Of a stretch of DNA of 64,000 nucleotides, positions 1 through 14,000 are shown piece by piece. The DNA is from Vicugna vicugna (taxonomy: Eukaryota). The first letter of the stretch is position 1; each line of letters opens with the position of its first letter. The translations under genes and the position numbers were made by a program. The DNA lies in contig MU058039.1 in assembly GCA_013265495.1 (NCBI GenBank), positions 870,591-934,590 of the forward strand, read 5' to 3'. The notes beneath the pieces were generated by a model. The model searched no databases. It was not told the origin of the DNA and saw only the letters and a list, made by a program, of their open reading frames with translations.

Positions 1-297
1 GAAAGTTCCAACCCTTTCATCTTGCCTTGGTTTTTCTGACAACCAACCCCCATCCAGAAGCTTTCTAGGTCCTCCCACCCAAGACACTGGTTATATCATT
101 AGCATACAAAAAGACAGTCTTATCCCTCCAGAGATTGCCAGGGTTTTAGTTCTTATGTCAGAAACCCAAGTCAAAGAACAAATATTAGAATAGCAGATGC
201 TCCAGCACTCAGGAAATTACAAGGGTTTTAGGAGCTCTAAATTAGGAAGGGGGGAACAGGAGCAGGGACTAAATACGTATTGCTGATTATGTTGCAG
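1..297. mobile_element. MER21-like LTR fragment (truncated by the window edge)
   Basis: Contains cattagcatacaaaaagaca and ggaaattacaagggttttaggagctc, which I recognise as MER21-type; not searched. Confidence 0.6.
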
Positions 298-2051
298 ATA
301 TGATGGGTCCACAATCAGAGCTTTGTCTTATGTTCCTAAGCTCCTAATAGTCTGATTTAGATACTCCAAGCCTCTGAAATCTACGGTTTTTTAATTAGCC
401 ACACCTAAATCAGAATATGGGGCTTGCTGAATTGAAGAATATCGATCAGGTTTATACATTTTCCAGCTTTATTGGGAAGTTTATACCTTTTTTGTTGCAT
501 TTATTGTTTTCTTGTTATGAAGTGCATGTGCAGGGAGGTTAGGAAAGCTGCCTTCCGTTCCCATCCCAATACCGGGCTAGTGAGAGGCAGCCAGGGATTC
601 CTGCACACACTGGTCCTTTACTAGAACATCTTCCTCTATTCTACCCTACACACTTTTGCCAAGTGCCTCTTCCTTATTGTCACTCCCCTATACCAGAATC
701 TTTGCTCATTTCCTTTGTACCTTGTATGGCTTACAAACCCTTTGAATTTAGGGTGTAATTATAATACTTTGTGTGATTTTTTTTTTCTTCTATCCAAGCC
801 AGTCTTGTGGCTCTAACTTAATTGTGAGTGCCTACAGGGCAAGGACCACGTTCACAGTGAGTGCCTTCTACGTAGGATGGCTGCTCAGCTCAGTTTACCT
901 TGAAGGGTTCCAGTTTATGCCATCATATGTCCCAGTGTCTTAACTATTTTCACTCTAAAGTGTCTTGATCTTGAGGGTAAATTATATTATTATGCTGCTT
1001 AGATGGATTAGCTATTCACCAAGTACTTATTGCTTAGTATTGCTCAAGATACTAGGGAATTTAGTACATTCAGTTCTATTTACCAGGTAGTTTACAGTAT
1101 TTTGACTGAAGAATTTAAGCAAACAAAAGGGATGACCATAATCCACTATCCAGATAAAGCCCTTAAAAAAATTAAAATGTATTTGTAAGATTAGAATTCT
1201 CAGATTGTACTAAAGGAACCGTGGAAAAGCCTCACCCTCCTATAGTCTCTTTCCCTAAAGCTAGTCATACATGTGTCTAAATTAAAAGTTTAAAAAGAGA
1301 GCATAATATTTAAGCCATTCTTTTGCTTTTTTTCTTTCTTAGTCTTGGACACTTTCCTATACCAGCACATACACACTTGCCAGTTTTTAACAACTCTTGA
1401 GTATTCGATTATGTGGATATCTCACAAGTTATTTCACTAGCATGAACATGGTGTTCAAGTGGTGAATTTTCAGCTTTTTTAAACTGTGCACACCAGACCC
1501 TTGTGAATGTGGTAATAGTTACCCCTGTTCTTTGAAACTCTTGAATTAATTGACTCTTCCTTGTTTGTTTTTTGATACTGAGGAGTGAACTCTACTCTTA
1601 TTTTTGTGTGTGTGTCAGATAGTATTTTCAGCCATCTGAGGATTATTGCAGCAAATCATTTCCCTTTGCCCATTATCCTTAGAATTCTAAGTGGTTTTAA
1701 TGAAAAGAGTAAAGCTGTTTTTAGTGGTGGAATGGTGTGCTGCAGTGTTTTTGGCAAAGAATAAAACCTGAGGAGTGTGTGGTCAGTGTTGTTATAAGAA
1801 ATGTGAGCCCTAGGAGTCTATGTGATAGTCAGATAGTCAGATGGTCAGATAGATTTCTGACCACACATGTAGGACTTTCTGAGTTATGCAACATGATGAG
1901 GGTGGAAAATCTGAGCAGGGTGTTTTTATAAACATTCTTTAAAGAAATGATTGGCGAACTGCAGCTTGTGGTCACTGCCTACATGTGGCCTGCAAGCTGA
2001 GTATGGTTTTTGCATTTTTTTTAATGGTTGAAAAAAATTAAAGACATATTT

Positions 2052-2191
2052 TTTGTGTGTGGAGGTAATTAGGTTTACTAATTATATTTATATATTTAAT
2101 ATATATTTATTTTTAACAGAAATGCAGGGGATTCAACCCAGGACCTCATGCATGCTAAGCCTGCTCTCTACCACTGAGCTATACCCTCCCC
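2052..2191 (-). mobile_element. tRNA-derived SINE (camelid Vic-1-like)
   Basis: Reverse strand reads GGGGAGGGTATAGCTCAGTGGTAGAG..GGTCCTGGGTTGAATCCCC (A and B boxes), then an AT-rich tail with CCTAATTACCTCC; degenerate TSD aaaga(c)atatttt. Confidence 0.8.
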
Positions 2192-2297
2192 TTCAAAAGA
2201 ATATTTTAAGACATAAAAATTACATGAAAGTAAGTTTTATTGGAATGACAGCCTTGGTCATTACCTCTGGCTGCTTTCATGTATGAAGCCTGTAATA

Positions 2298-3176
2298 AAA
2301 GCAAATTCTTGCTTTGCATGATTTTCCACATGCACAGTTTACAGTTACTACAGTATATTAACTGTGAATACTTGAGTACAGACCAGGTTTTCAGGTACTA
2401 GCCCTTAAGTCACAAATCACTTAAATCACACATACGCATGGTAATTGGTCACTGCACATGTGTGATTCGGTTCATACACACACAGCAAAGCGTGTAGTTG
2501 TGTTGCCTTCTTGTTTCCCCATGCATGTGACAGTTTACAAAAATAGTTGATCGATAGAAGAGAATGGCCAAAAAAGACGAAAGTGCAGCAAAGAGAAAAC
2601 GCTGGAAGTGAAATTCCAATTGCATATAAATGGAGAGATAGAAGAATGAGCTCACTGTGGGAGTGCTGGCACTGCCGCCATCAGAGACTGATATGCAGCT
2701 AGAGGAGCTTATCCATAGAAATGAGGAAAGTGGTTGTTAACAAAAAGGCTGATGTTCCCATGGACACTGACAAAAACCTACAGAGTCAAGCAACTCTCAG
2801 AACAATTCTGTGGCACTGAAAGGGCAAAGGATAAAATATTGGAAGCTGATCCAAACCTAGAAAGGTGATCCAAACCACTAAGGTGAACTGAAAAGATGCT
2901 TGCTCCGTATCATAAATATATGACAAGGACCTTCACAAGCACTGTTCAGATTAGTCTTGGTGATTTATTTAGTTATTTACAAAGAAGATTAAGCACTTCA
3001 ATTCTCAAGTTTCTAATGTTTTCACTTAAAATGTACTAAATAAATATTCATTTTATTTTAATTATTCTGTACGTTTATAACCCACAGTTTTTAATGTTTT
3101 AGCAAAGAATTTTAAAGATCATGAAACAGTCATAATTTTTCCCATTGTTTTGCATGATTTTGCGCTATTCTGCCTG
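2298..3176 (+). mobile_element. Degraded TcMar-Tigger-type DNA transposon
   Basis: Starts after TA, ends ..gcctg, and carries a transposase-remnant-like gatccaaacctagaaagg (DPNLER). Subfamily not assigned. Confidence 0.5.
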
Positions 3177-6100
3177 TTTACTATTTGGCCTGTCATTAAA
3201 AAGTTAACTGACCTTTGCTCTAGAGAAAACAGATGGAGGAGGAGGAGGAGGACCATTCAATGAGTGGCTTCAGCTTGTGAGATGATCCAGGGCTTTCTTA
3301 TTAGGATACAGTGAGGCAAGAAGTTGGTATTTAGTTTTTAAGGACCCATGAGAATAAAAAGTGTAGACTAGAATCCTAGGAGAGTTATTTTTGCTTGTTT
3401 TAAAAACTTACTCTGAATCGGTATAAAAACATGATTAAAAGAAAACACTAAGTGCAAGGTACTTGTTAATTTGGAGGCGACAGAACAGGTGGGACTGACG
3501 TGAGGTTTTGGCTCTATCATGTTTTGGTCCTTTAAAATGTTAGAATTTGATAAAGCGGAGTAGATACACCCATTTTAAGGTATTTTCTGTACTTTTCATA
3601 ATATTTGAAACATTTCATTAAACTTTTCAATAGACGCTGCTACAGTTGTGCATGTTTGGAGAATGATTAGATGCCATCTTCTTAAACCTATAAAGTTAGT
3701 GCCTGGGAGCTTAACATTTCTGTGGTGGCCCTGTTAGAAGGTGGCAGCAGATCATTCCAGCTAGCTACGTACAGAGTGAAGTTGTCTGAGGCAGTGGCTG
3801 GTTGTTTTGGTTAAACCTCTAGTGACTTCAGAACCAGAGAAACCTGTTTTCTATAACAAAGACCAGTCCGTTTGGCTATTTTGTAATAGCTGATGTTCAA
3901 AACACCTGCCAGGGTTTTGTAATTTAGGTTCATATGTCAGATAATATATGAATTTAACCATTTCTAATGCTTATCCAAGAGAAAAAAATGTTACTGTCTC
4001 CTAAAGGCAGGAATTGCATTTTTACGTATTCTGAAGCGATTGTACCAAATTTGGTGCCCTTCAGCTTTTTCCCTGTTTTCCTTACTCTGCGTTTTGAAAA
4101 CTTATAGGATGCATTTAATTTTGCACTAACATTTGTGAGCATACAAATAGGACTTGAAACATATTTTCATGGTTATTTCCCAAAACTGTTCCAAGACCGA
4201 TATATAATTTTGTCATCTCTTAATAATAATTATTTATTAAGGAATAACTTCCTGAAAATTGTCCAGCCAAGACCCCTCAGCCTTGGCCAGTTCTTTGGTG
4301 TGGTGCTGTCAGTGACTCTGTCACTGAGTGTGACTGTAAACAGACCCAGCAGAGGGCTTGGCCTTGGTGAGCCCTCTGGTTCTGATGAATCCTTGAGGAA
4401 TGTTTTTCCCACTGCCTGTCACTGTGGTGGGTTTTTCTTTCTTTCCACCCAAGGGGTTGTTATGTTTACGCTGGAGCTCACTGATCAGACCAATATGAAT
4501 TCAAATCCAGCACTGCTGTTTGCTTAGCTTAACCCACCCAAACCTCAGGGTCCTCACTTGTAAAAGGGGGTTGTTACTGCATGATTCACAGTTTTGTGAC
4601 TATTAGAAATAGTGCACATAATGTGCCTCACATCAGGCTTAGTGAAGGCAGTAAAATGAGGTGTCAAGAAATAAATCATACTCTGTGCATTTTGGTTCGT
4701 TTTGATTTTAAGCTGTGTCTACCGAAGTATGGTATTTGATTTTCTTTAAGCTTTTTTTTAAGGAAGGTGATAGGTAAGTCGTGGAAGCCATCTTACATAC
4801 TAAAGTATTTCTGGCTTTTTGTACAAATGTTTTGGAGAACAAAAAAAGAAAAAATGCATTGATGTTATGTGGAGTGAGGTGAAGAATATGTGGCCTGTGT
4901 TTCCTAAAGAAACATTCTCTCCCTTGAAACCAGCAAACTAAAACAAAATCCTTTTTCATGAGTTCACTCCCTTAAGCCTAGAGCATAAAAATTTGAATCA
5001 TAGAGGCTTAAAAGCAATTTAGTTAGTAGAAGCATGTAACAAAATGAGACTTTTCTCCATTTGACAGGGAGCCTCCACACTCACAGAGAGGACTTCTTGA
5101 CACGTTAAGGGTGTGGTTAAATTTCATCTTAATTGAACCTAGCTTTGGCCAACTAACCTGCTACTTAGAGCTCTTTTACGCTTATCAAGGGACCTGAAAA
5201 TAAGGCTGCTTCTGAAACTTAAGCTATGAGATCAGTGTGTGATCACTAAGAGCAGATGTGAGCAGCTGTTCGAGACAGAGTGGCCTCCCAGGCCCACAGG
5301 ATTTGTGATGAAGGGCCCATCACATCTGCAGGAAGGATGTTCCAGTGAGGAGGAAGCAGTGGTCAGCAGTGGCAGTCAGGAAGGAAGTATTCCAGAGGCA
5401 GATCTTGACCGAGCTCTCTTGACCGAAGCACTGTAGTCTGCCTGGTAGGCTCCGATAGAGAGGACATTCACAAGGAATCCCACAGAAAACTGCCTTACTC
5501 TGACTCCAAGTGACCTGCTCCATTTCACCTTGCTTTCTGAGGCAGTATGCTGGATAGCTTACACATCCAGCCTGCTTGACAGTTAATTCCTCAGTATCCT
5601 CTTGTGCGCTTTGTTAGCCGGGATCAGCATCCTCGTGCCCCATGAGCGCAGAGGCACTCAGAGTATGTGTCTGAGCCCATAAAGATAAGGGCCAGTTTCT
5701 GAGCAGTGTTGACTTCACCAAGGTAACTGCCATCCATCCCTAGATAAGCTTTTTCCCTCTTCCTCTTTATACACCCTCAGGCTTCTATAGCTGCACAGAG
5801 TGTGTATCTGGCACTCTTGCTTCTGAAAAGCCACTGAATTCTCACCCTTTATACCATGATCGCCCTGCTGCATTCTCTGCTGTGGTATTTGGCGGTTTCC
5901 ATCTGGCTGCCTTGAGCTTCGTTTGGCTCCTCTCAGGTGTTTGTTTCAATTGAGACATAATTCACATTCCATACAGTTGACCCATTTAAAGTGTACAGTT
6001 CCTCCCTCAGATTTTCTTGTTAAAAAAAGACTGTACCTGAAGCTGTTCAGGAAGCAAGGCCACAAAGGAGTTAGTGATCCCCAGGGCTCTCAGCTTGGCA

Positions 6101-6429
6101 GGGTGTTGGATAGGCTGTTTCACCTCAGGAGCATTGGGCACCCCTTGCCTTGATGATGTTCTCAGTTTGAGGTCGTAAGTGGATCCTGTGTGGGTCCTCT
6201 CCATCTTGTCTTGTTGCTAGCAATGCTGCCTCTGGCATTTGACAGTGGTGTGGGTTGGACAGAATCACACACCAGAGGACTCCTCTCTTGCCATGTCTTC
6301 CCTGGGCCTTGTTGATTGTGTATGTTTTGTGACCTTTGGCACATAGTACAAAGTCCCTGCTCCAGGTGTACACCCAGCTGGTTCTTGTTGATGTGTTATA
6401 CGGACGAAAGTTACCCCTATTAAAAAAAA

Positions 6430-6685
6430 ACTGATTTATTAAAGTATTTACTTACCATAAAATCAGTTGTTTTAAGCATACAATCCAATGACTTTTGGTA
6501 CATTTACAGAGTTGTACAACCATCCCCACATTCCAATTTTAGAACATTTCCACCATCCCCAAAAGATCCATCCCTATGCCAATTTGCAGTCACTCCCCCC
6601 CTCCCCCAGTTCCAGGCCAACACTAATCTTCCTGTCTCTATTGATTTGCCTTTCCTGGACATACTGTATGATTGCATTCATATGA
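6430..6685 (-). mobile_element. L1M 3' fragment
   Basis: acatttacagagttgtacaaccatc..ttttagaacatttccaccatcccc..gatttgcctttcctggacat. Confidence 0.75.
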
Positions 6686-8073
6686 AGTGTCCAGATAAGG
6701 TACTTTTAACTGGTGATTTAACTGATGGTTGCTTTCAAATTAACAAGAGAATTTTTTACTTTAGAGTGTGCTTTTTTTGCTGTACTAGTTACCTGTGATT
6801 TTTTGGTGTGTGTGGGAGTTCCTTGGGGGTGTTTGTTTATTTTGCATAGTACCAAACTTTTTGTCCATAGATAGATGTTTCGTGGATATTTGTTTTCATG
6901 CCTATCATTGTGATGCATTTGGGGAGACACAAGAGAAGCACAAATTCTGCCCTCTGCTTTCAAAAGGCATCCCCTAGTTGGTGAGGTAAACCTAGCAAAC
7001 ATGAAAACAACTAAGGAGGAGTAAATGACAGCATATAACCACGTGTAAGGCCCTGGGATGTTTTTATTTGAAATGTTTACCAAGCACCCTGTGCTAGGCC
7101 CCACGCAGATTGGAATGCCCTTGTGCCAGAAGGCAGAGATCCATGGAGGCCAGGGTATAGAGAGGTGATGTGGACTTGTGGTCCCAGGAGGGGTGATATG
7201 GTGGTGCAGAGCAGACGCTGAATCACATGGTCAGGTTACTCCCTTTTCCAGTTGGTTTCCTGGCGAAAGTCTCATTCTAGTGCAGGTGATACCTCTAGCA
7301 CTTGTGTATCTGTCCTTTTTAAAGAGAAAGGCCTTCTGCATGCAGATGTATCTGGCTGGAATTTTATAATATAGTTGTTCTGTTTCCCGTGTACTAGAGA
7401 GGGGCCATATTTTGGGACACTTTGAAACCTAGGCCCATATTGGTTTGCTCAGATAGGAGCCATTATCCACACTGGAGCAAAGGAGTGACCTGAGTTGCCT
7501 TTGGAGGTTTGGCAGTGGGGAGAGCTAGCATTAGGGAGCTTCTTTCTGAGGTGCTTGTGGTAATTTGACTATGAAGTGGCCTACCCTGGCAGAGAGTGGA
7601 CAGGGAAGTTTCAGAAAGGTCCTTCTGGGGGCTGCTAAGAGCACCAGCACTTTCTTCCTGACCTAACATTGCTGGCTCTGGCCTTTCAGTGCTAAGCTCC
7701 CCTTGGCCCGGGGAGACAGGCACATATCCAAAAGGATCCTACAGACTGTTCTGTTGCCTTTGAAAGCCTTATTTCTATGCTGGATGTGTATGTCTTTGAT
7801 AATGAGGGCAGGGACAAAATCAACATGCAACTGAATTTCAATTTAGTTGGGTGGGTTGGTATCTTTGTTGTTAGATGCTGCGTTTCTTTCCTGTATGAGG
7901 AGGGAATCGCTAAGAAGGCCTGATGGTGACACTTTAGACACAGCTCACTGGAACTTAGTGCTAGATCTTAAGGCTCTGGAAAACTGTGGGCCACCTCCTA
8001 TAGGTCTGTGCACGTTCTCTCTTTCCAGGATTGCCCTGCCAAGCTAATTGGTCTCTGTTTCGTTGTGTTTTAG

Positions 8074-11000
8074 AATTTTGCCAAGTTTCAAAGATAGTGG
8101 GAAGATGCCGGGCCGCCATCCCTAGGTGGTGGTACAATGTCACTGACAGATCCTGCCAGCAGTTTGTGTATGGAGGCTGTGAAGGGAATGACAATAATTA
8201 CATGACCAAGGAGGAGTGTCTTGCAAAATGTGCTGGTGTCACAGGTAAGACAGTGCTAGTTGGGGAAGTTTTATTATCTAGAGGCAGTTTATTAATTGGG
8301 ATGTAAATGCCTTTTGCTTTCATTATTTCCTCATGGCTGAACCTGGGAGGTATTTTAAAAAGCAGAAGAAACAGGCACAGTGTGTATGTCACCCACACAG
8401 TGGTTTCACGGCGGTAGGCTCCCTCCTCTTCCCAGAAAGGGCAGAGTAGGCCACAGACTGGAGCCGGGGGAGGACTGCATCTTCTCAACTTCCTTTCTCC
8501 TACTAGTGAGTGCAAGTCCCACGCCAGACCTGGCATGAGCAGAGTCCTCCAGGTCCCCTCAGACGGGCTGCCGCCTTGCTTCCTGGGCATTTGGGTTCTT
8601 TTTACCTCTGAGTTAAATGACTTGAGGTCACCCAGCCAGCCAAATTACAAATCACGTCAAAAATAGAACATACTTCCTGGAATCCATCCTTCTCCCAGCC
8701 CTCACTAGGGGAGGATTCTGTGGAATCAAGATAATACTGACCCTGAGAGCCTCCCAGTTGAAATAAAAACCTAAAGCCCCACAGCAGTATACGCTGGCTC
8801 TGAACAGAGCCTTGGGGAACTCCTTGAGACCTGATGGCAATGAGATGTTGGCTTTCTGGGGCCTGATTCCTCCCAAGTGTTCAGAGACCCAAGGATTTGG
8901 GCAGCCAAACTGTTAAAGATTTTCATTGATGATTTTCTTAGCATTGTTACATTGATGCATCCTCTCCTGATGGCTTGGCATCAGTGTTAGGACTCTGGAT
9001 TATGATTCTGTGTCAGGATGTGCTGGTGTCCTCTGTGCCCAGAGATGGGCCCTGCATGCTTGTCGAGTTTTAATATCTCCTCACATATTAACTCTCTCTT
9101 GGCTTTGAGCTCTGCATTCAGAAGTCAGATAAGCTTATTAAAGTCATGTGTAAAGAGAGGAAAACAACGGTGGCTTTAGCTGTGACCTGAGGTTTAAAAC
9201 ATAATGCCCAGGCATACAAGCCCGGCAGTGACTCGGTGCCTTGAGGAACATTTTATTGATTTTTGTATACCTGGTGCCCAGCAGGCGCTCAACAAGTGTT
9301 TGGAGAGCTGAGGTGGCTGGTGTTGATTTTGGATCATACAGGTGGGTCCCTCATCTTTTGAGGGGGGTAACTGGCAACCTCACCACATGGTGACTGAAAA
9401 AAATACCATTTATTGTACATAGTTTTCTGTCATCAGCTATGATCCAGTGTCGGGGGAGGAATTAAGGGGAGATATTTTTGCCACCTTTTCTGTCTTTTCC
9501 CAATCAAAAGTTGACAGTAGCAGATGTACATGCCATTCTGGTTACTCCTTGGTTTCTCAGGGAGAAAGTTGTAAGAACACAAGCAGTGGACAGTGGGCCT
9601 TAGGACAGAATGTCTCTACAAGGGGCCACGGGGTGTTGTGTTTTGCTGGGAGAAGGCAGACAGCTGTCTCCCTAGAAGTCAGCCAGTCTGGCCCCAGCCT
9701 CGAGGTCTCAGAAGGCTCATTTGCTGGCACCCGAGCCTGGCTCTACTGCACAGCTCGTGAGGCATTCTCTTGTGAGCCTGTGAGGAGCTGAAGCTGCCAG
9801 GGCAGCTCGTCACTGGAGTCTTTGGCAGCATATTCTCCCCCAGGCAGGCAAGCTCTGGGGAGCCAGATGATAACGAGAATGCCAGTTTATTTATTAATAA
9901 TTAATTAATTAATTATAATGAGAACCAGAATCACTGAAAGACCAGACACTTCATCTCTGTGCCTACACCTTTAGTCCATGTAGGCAAACCTCTCAGCCAG
10001 ATTCCCAGAAGATTGCTTGATGAGGAAAGAGGCAGAACTAGGAGAGTTGGTTTGTGATAGAAATGTTTAATGGCGTCAGGTTAGACCAGCCCCACACCTC
10101 TCCATAGGGGAGGGTCCCACCCTCCTGGACCTTGCCAGCACCACCTTTTTTGCACTTCCTTAACTGGCTAACCTCTCCACCCCACCCCCTTAACTTTGTG
10201 TGTGTGAGATAAAATATACATAACATAAAATTTACCATTTTAACCATTTTTAAGTGTACATTTTAGTGGCATTAAGTACATTCACACTGCTGTGCACCCC
10301 CTTCACTTTTCAATTCATTAGGCGAGTTAATACAGTTTGCCAGGTTACTTGGCCCTGGAAGCCATTCTGACTTTTTATAAAGTCATTTCACATGTCTTTG
10401 CTCTGATTCCCAAGCTGGTTGATCTTAAAGTTTAGCCCACAAGGCAATCTTGGTTCCTTATTTTCCAAGTTCTGATGGGCTTGTGGTCCAGCGTGTGCAT
10501 TGAAGGGCCCACATAAAGGAGAAATGGGAGTCGCTGTGAGAGGCACACAGGACCAAGCCTGCTCAGGGACGCAGCTTGTTTTGTCTCATCAGCAGTCTTG
10601 GATGTACGCTTTCTCACTGTGTTGTTTATTTGTCCCCTTGTAGAGAACACCATTAATGGTCCAGCCACCAGCAGGAATGGAGCAGATTCCTCTGTCCCAA
10701 GTGGTAGGTTCTTAAAAAGACCCAGGATGGAATGAGGGCCATCCAGATGGGTAACTGTGAAAGGACATCTGTACTTTGGGAGTTGTACAAGGGCCTCCAT
10801 CTCCTGGTACTGTTTACTCAGAATTGGCAGATGGGGGCTTTGCCTGGGCTGCCAGCTTCTGGCTCCTTGCCGGCCTCCTTATACTGGGGAGTTCATATTG
10901 TCCAGCAGACAAGAGGGCTGAGGGGTTCAACAGAGCTTCCTGGCTGACCTCAGCTTCCTCCTGGGGGACGGGATTGTGGTTGCTGCCAGGTGGGCTCAGG

Positions 11001-14000
11001 CCCCTTCCTTCTCTTTGGGCTGGCCTCAAGTCCCCTGGCCTCTCCTGCTGTGCTGTCTTCACTGTCCTGTCCCACCTCCTTGCCTGTTTTGTCTCCTTTG
11101 CTTCCTGTTGTCCTTGTCGTCTCCCTCCCTGTGCTGAGTCCTCTGTCCTCTGCCACCCCTGCCTCCAATTCCCACTGCAGTCCTTGATCTCGAGCTTTGT
11201 GTTAGCTTGCTTTGTAGTGCTGACAGCAGCTGCCCCATTCCTCCTTTATGCTTAAAGGACTTTGCGTCAGGAGCCTGGGGTGAGTGGTCCAGATGCACTA
11301 GCAAGCCCAGCCCAGCGTTCTCAAAGGCTAGTCCCCAGGCAGTGGGTTCTGCTGGGCGAGACCTGCTGTGGAGGGAGGGAATCTGCCCCTACCCCATTTG
11401 AGGATGGCCCGTAGTCAGCCAGTGGCCATGCATTGATTGCAGTCTTGGCTCTAGTCCTTTGCCATCAGTGCCCACATGAGAGTGAGCATTTATTAGCTCA
11501 GTGGTTGGCCGACTTGCAGAATGCTGAGAGTTAGGGTAGAGTCACTTTCCAGTTTTGCCAGGCTAGGAATCCTGTGCCCGTCCTGGCCATTGCTTTCCCT
11601 GGGTTCACCGTTTATTCTCGAGCTGCCTCTGCAAAGTCATCCAGAGCCATGAGGTACCAGCATAATAGTTCTGGTTTTCATCCTGTTTCAGAAGAAAATT
11701 TCCCTAAGAAAATAAGGGGCCTCCTCCCTGTGCCAGAGAGTGAATACCTCTGGTCTTCCTCATCACCCCAGAAACTATGGCTGGGATTAGATTCCAGAGC
11801 AACCCCTGAAGTGACAGGCAGGCCTCCCCATCCAGTATTCAGTCCGTGTGTGCAGTAGAGCCCATTAGGACTGGGAGCTGATGGAGCAAAGCTGCCCAGG
11901 GAGGGGGGCTCCACTCCTTTCCTTCCAGGTATCAGAGTGGGCCCTTTTACACTCAGCCCTGGCTAGGCCATGTGTCCTGTGTCCATCCCAGCCTCCCTGA
12001 CATGGATGTTTGTGTTTCAGTTCCCAGAAATCAGGATTCTGATGACCTCTCCAATGATATTTTCAACTATGAAGGTATAACTTTTAAGAAATATTCACAT
12101 ATGGATAAAATGTGTTTCCTTACTTAGCTGGGAATTGAGACAAACTTGAAGATTTCCATTAAGGAAATTGTAGAGAGAGGCTTCCCGGCCTTTCCCAGGT
12201 GGGAGGACTCATGAGGATGCCCCGGGTGGCAGGAAGCAGGAAGTGCTACAGCATGCCCTCAGGAAGCTTGTGCTTCCAAGGCAGCCTGGTGTGCAGGCTC
12301 TGCCTCCCACCAGCTGTGTGCTGTGGGTAGCTTACTGTAGCTCTGCCTCAAAGCCCCTGAGTATGAAATGAGGGGCCTAGTTCAGACCTTTCAGAGACCA
12401 ACTTAACACGTGTAAAGCGCCTACAAGAGTGCCTGATGCAGAGAAACCTCCATAACAGTGTAGTTTGGCTATAAAGAGAAAGATATCTGAAAATGTGGGC
12501 CAGACTGGCCACGTCTGTAATCGACAAGTTTCTTTAGCAGTGATGTTTCCTCCATTGGCAGGCAGCCATGTGGCTGCTCAGCAGCATTCTAGCTCAGTTC
12601 ACCTCTCCTGGGCCCTACTCATTTGTACTCCTTGGGCTGTCTCACTCCCAGAATACTGCACTGCCGAGGCGGTCACTGGGCCTTGCCGTGCAGCCTTTCC
12701 ACGCTGGTACTTTAATGCCGAGAAGAACTCTTGTGATAACTTCATCTACGGAGGATGCCGGGGCAATAAAAACAGCTATCCCTCCAAGGAGGAGTGCATG
12801 CAGCGCTGCTTCGGTGAGTCTGCCTGATTCCTAAATCCAGGAAACAACCTTGGGTGAATGAGCCCTCCCAAGAGGGCTCCATTTCCCCATCCCTAAGATG
12901 AAGGACTTAGAAATGCTGTCATTGGCTCTACCTTTCTCTGGCTTCCTAGTGAGGAAAGGGTGGGCTTTGGCACTGGCTATTGGGCAGATGTGTCCTAGAT
13001 CCCCACCAGGTGGCAAGGCCTCAAGACCCTCAGAAGAGCTGGAAGAAATTGCTCAGAAAGAGCCCCTGTGAAGGCACAGGGCTGAGGGGAATCCGTGGGC
13101 GTGAGCAGCTCTAGGGGAGGAAGGCTGAGAGCTGACCTCAGGGTTGTGTGTTTTCTTCCAGGCAAGCAGTTATATCCTGCCCTGCCCCACGGCACTAAAG
13201 GTAAACAGCCTTTTACCCACCTCTACCTGCCTTCCTTGACTAAGCTTTGGCTGTATTTTTGCAGGCTCATGTTGTCTTGGACACATCATCCTTCACTGTA
13301 AACATCTTTTTGGTAGAAAGTTCATGTTTCTGCACGAGTATGGCTAGGCAGCTTGGAATATGTGGATGTTTGTCCCACCATACAGTGTACATAAACAGGG
13401 GTTAGGAGTGAGGCTGTCTCTGCCCAGGCAGCCTGGGGGTGACTAGAGGACACACTCTACTGTTTTGGCTGTGCAGGGACCTGCTCTACATGGGCCTGAG
13501 ACTGTCTCCAGGTTTGGGGGGAGCTTTGCTGCTGAGGGGTGTACAAAGTTGGTCATGGGTGACACGAATTAAGATGGAGAGCCCTTACTGTGTGTGGGCG
13601 GAGTGTGGCCCTAGTCCATGCTGTTGTCCCTGAGCAGTCTGGTCTGACAAGGAGGCTGGGCCTTTTCTCGCTTTTGTTTCTGATTCTGAGCCTGAGTCAT
13701 GCATGGATGGTAGTGTTTGGACAAAAGACCTGCCACACTGGTTTGGCCTCTTTCCACCTGTTTCCCTGTTAAGGAGCCCAGGCCTGACCTATGTGTCTGC
13801 TCTGCTTTAGAAGAGGAATGAAGCTGGAACCTGGTTTGCCAGGCATGGGGGTCTGGAGGGTTGGAGATGGAGAGGGGATTGACGCTGTCCACTTCTGTAG
13901 CCAAGTAGGGAGAGGGAGCCAGGTAGCTGCCACAGGAGGATACATTCCTTCGACGGATCCACACCTGAAAAAAAAGCATAGTAACTGACCAGTGGGACTG

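Larger units (their letters stand above)
1946..3220 (+). mobile_element. MER58B-like hAT-Charlie element interrupted by a SINE and a Tigger-type element
   Basis: MER58B-like blocks atggtttttgcatttttttaatggttgaaaa and aagttttattggaa..ggctgctttc, resuming as tttactatttggcc..aaaaagtt at ~3177. Confidence 0.6.

Noticed and set aside
2110..2191. tRNA-like sequences (A/B boxes) here and at seven other sites as tRNA genes
   Set aside because: They have AT-rich tails, target-site duplications and scattered mutations, so they are SINEs.
9890..9918. (TAAT)n self-complementary AT tract
   Set aside because: Short simple repeat with no further structure.
10990..11180. A-poor pyrimidine-rich tract in SPINT2 intron 3 with ORFs in several frames
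   Set aside because: Low-complexity composition explains the ORFs; no convincing exon boundaries.
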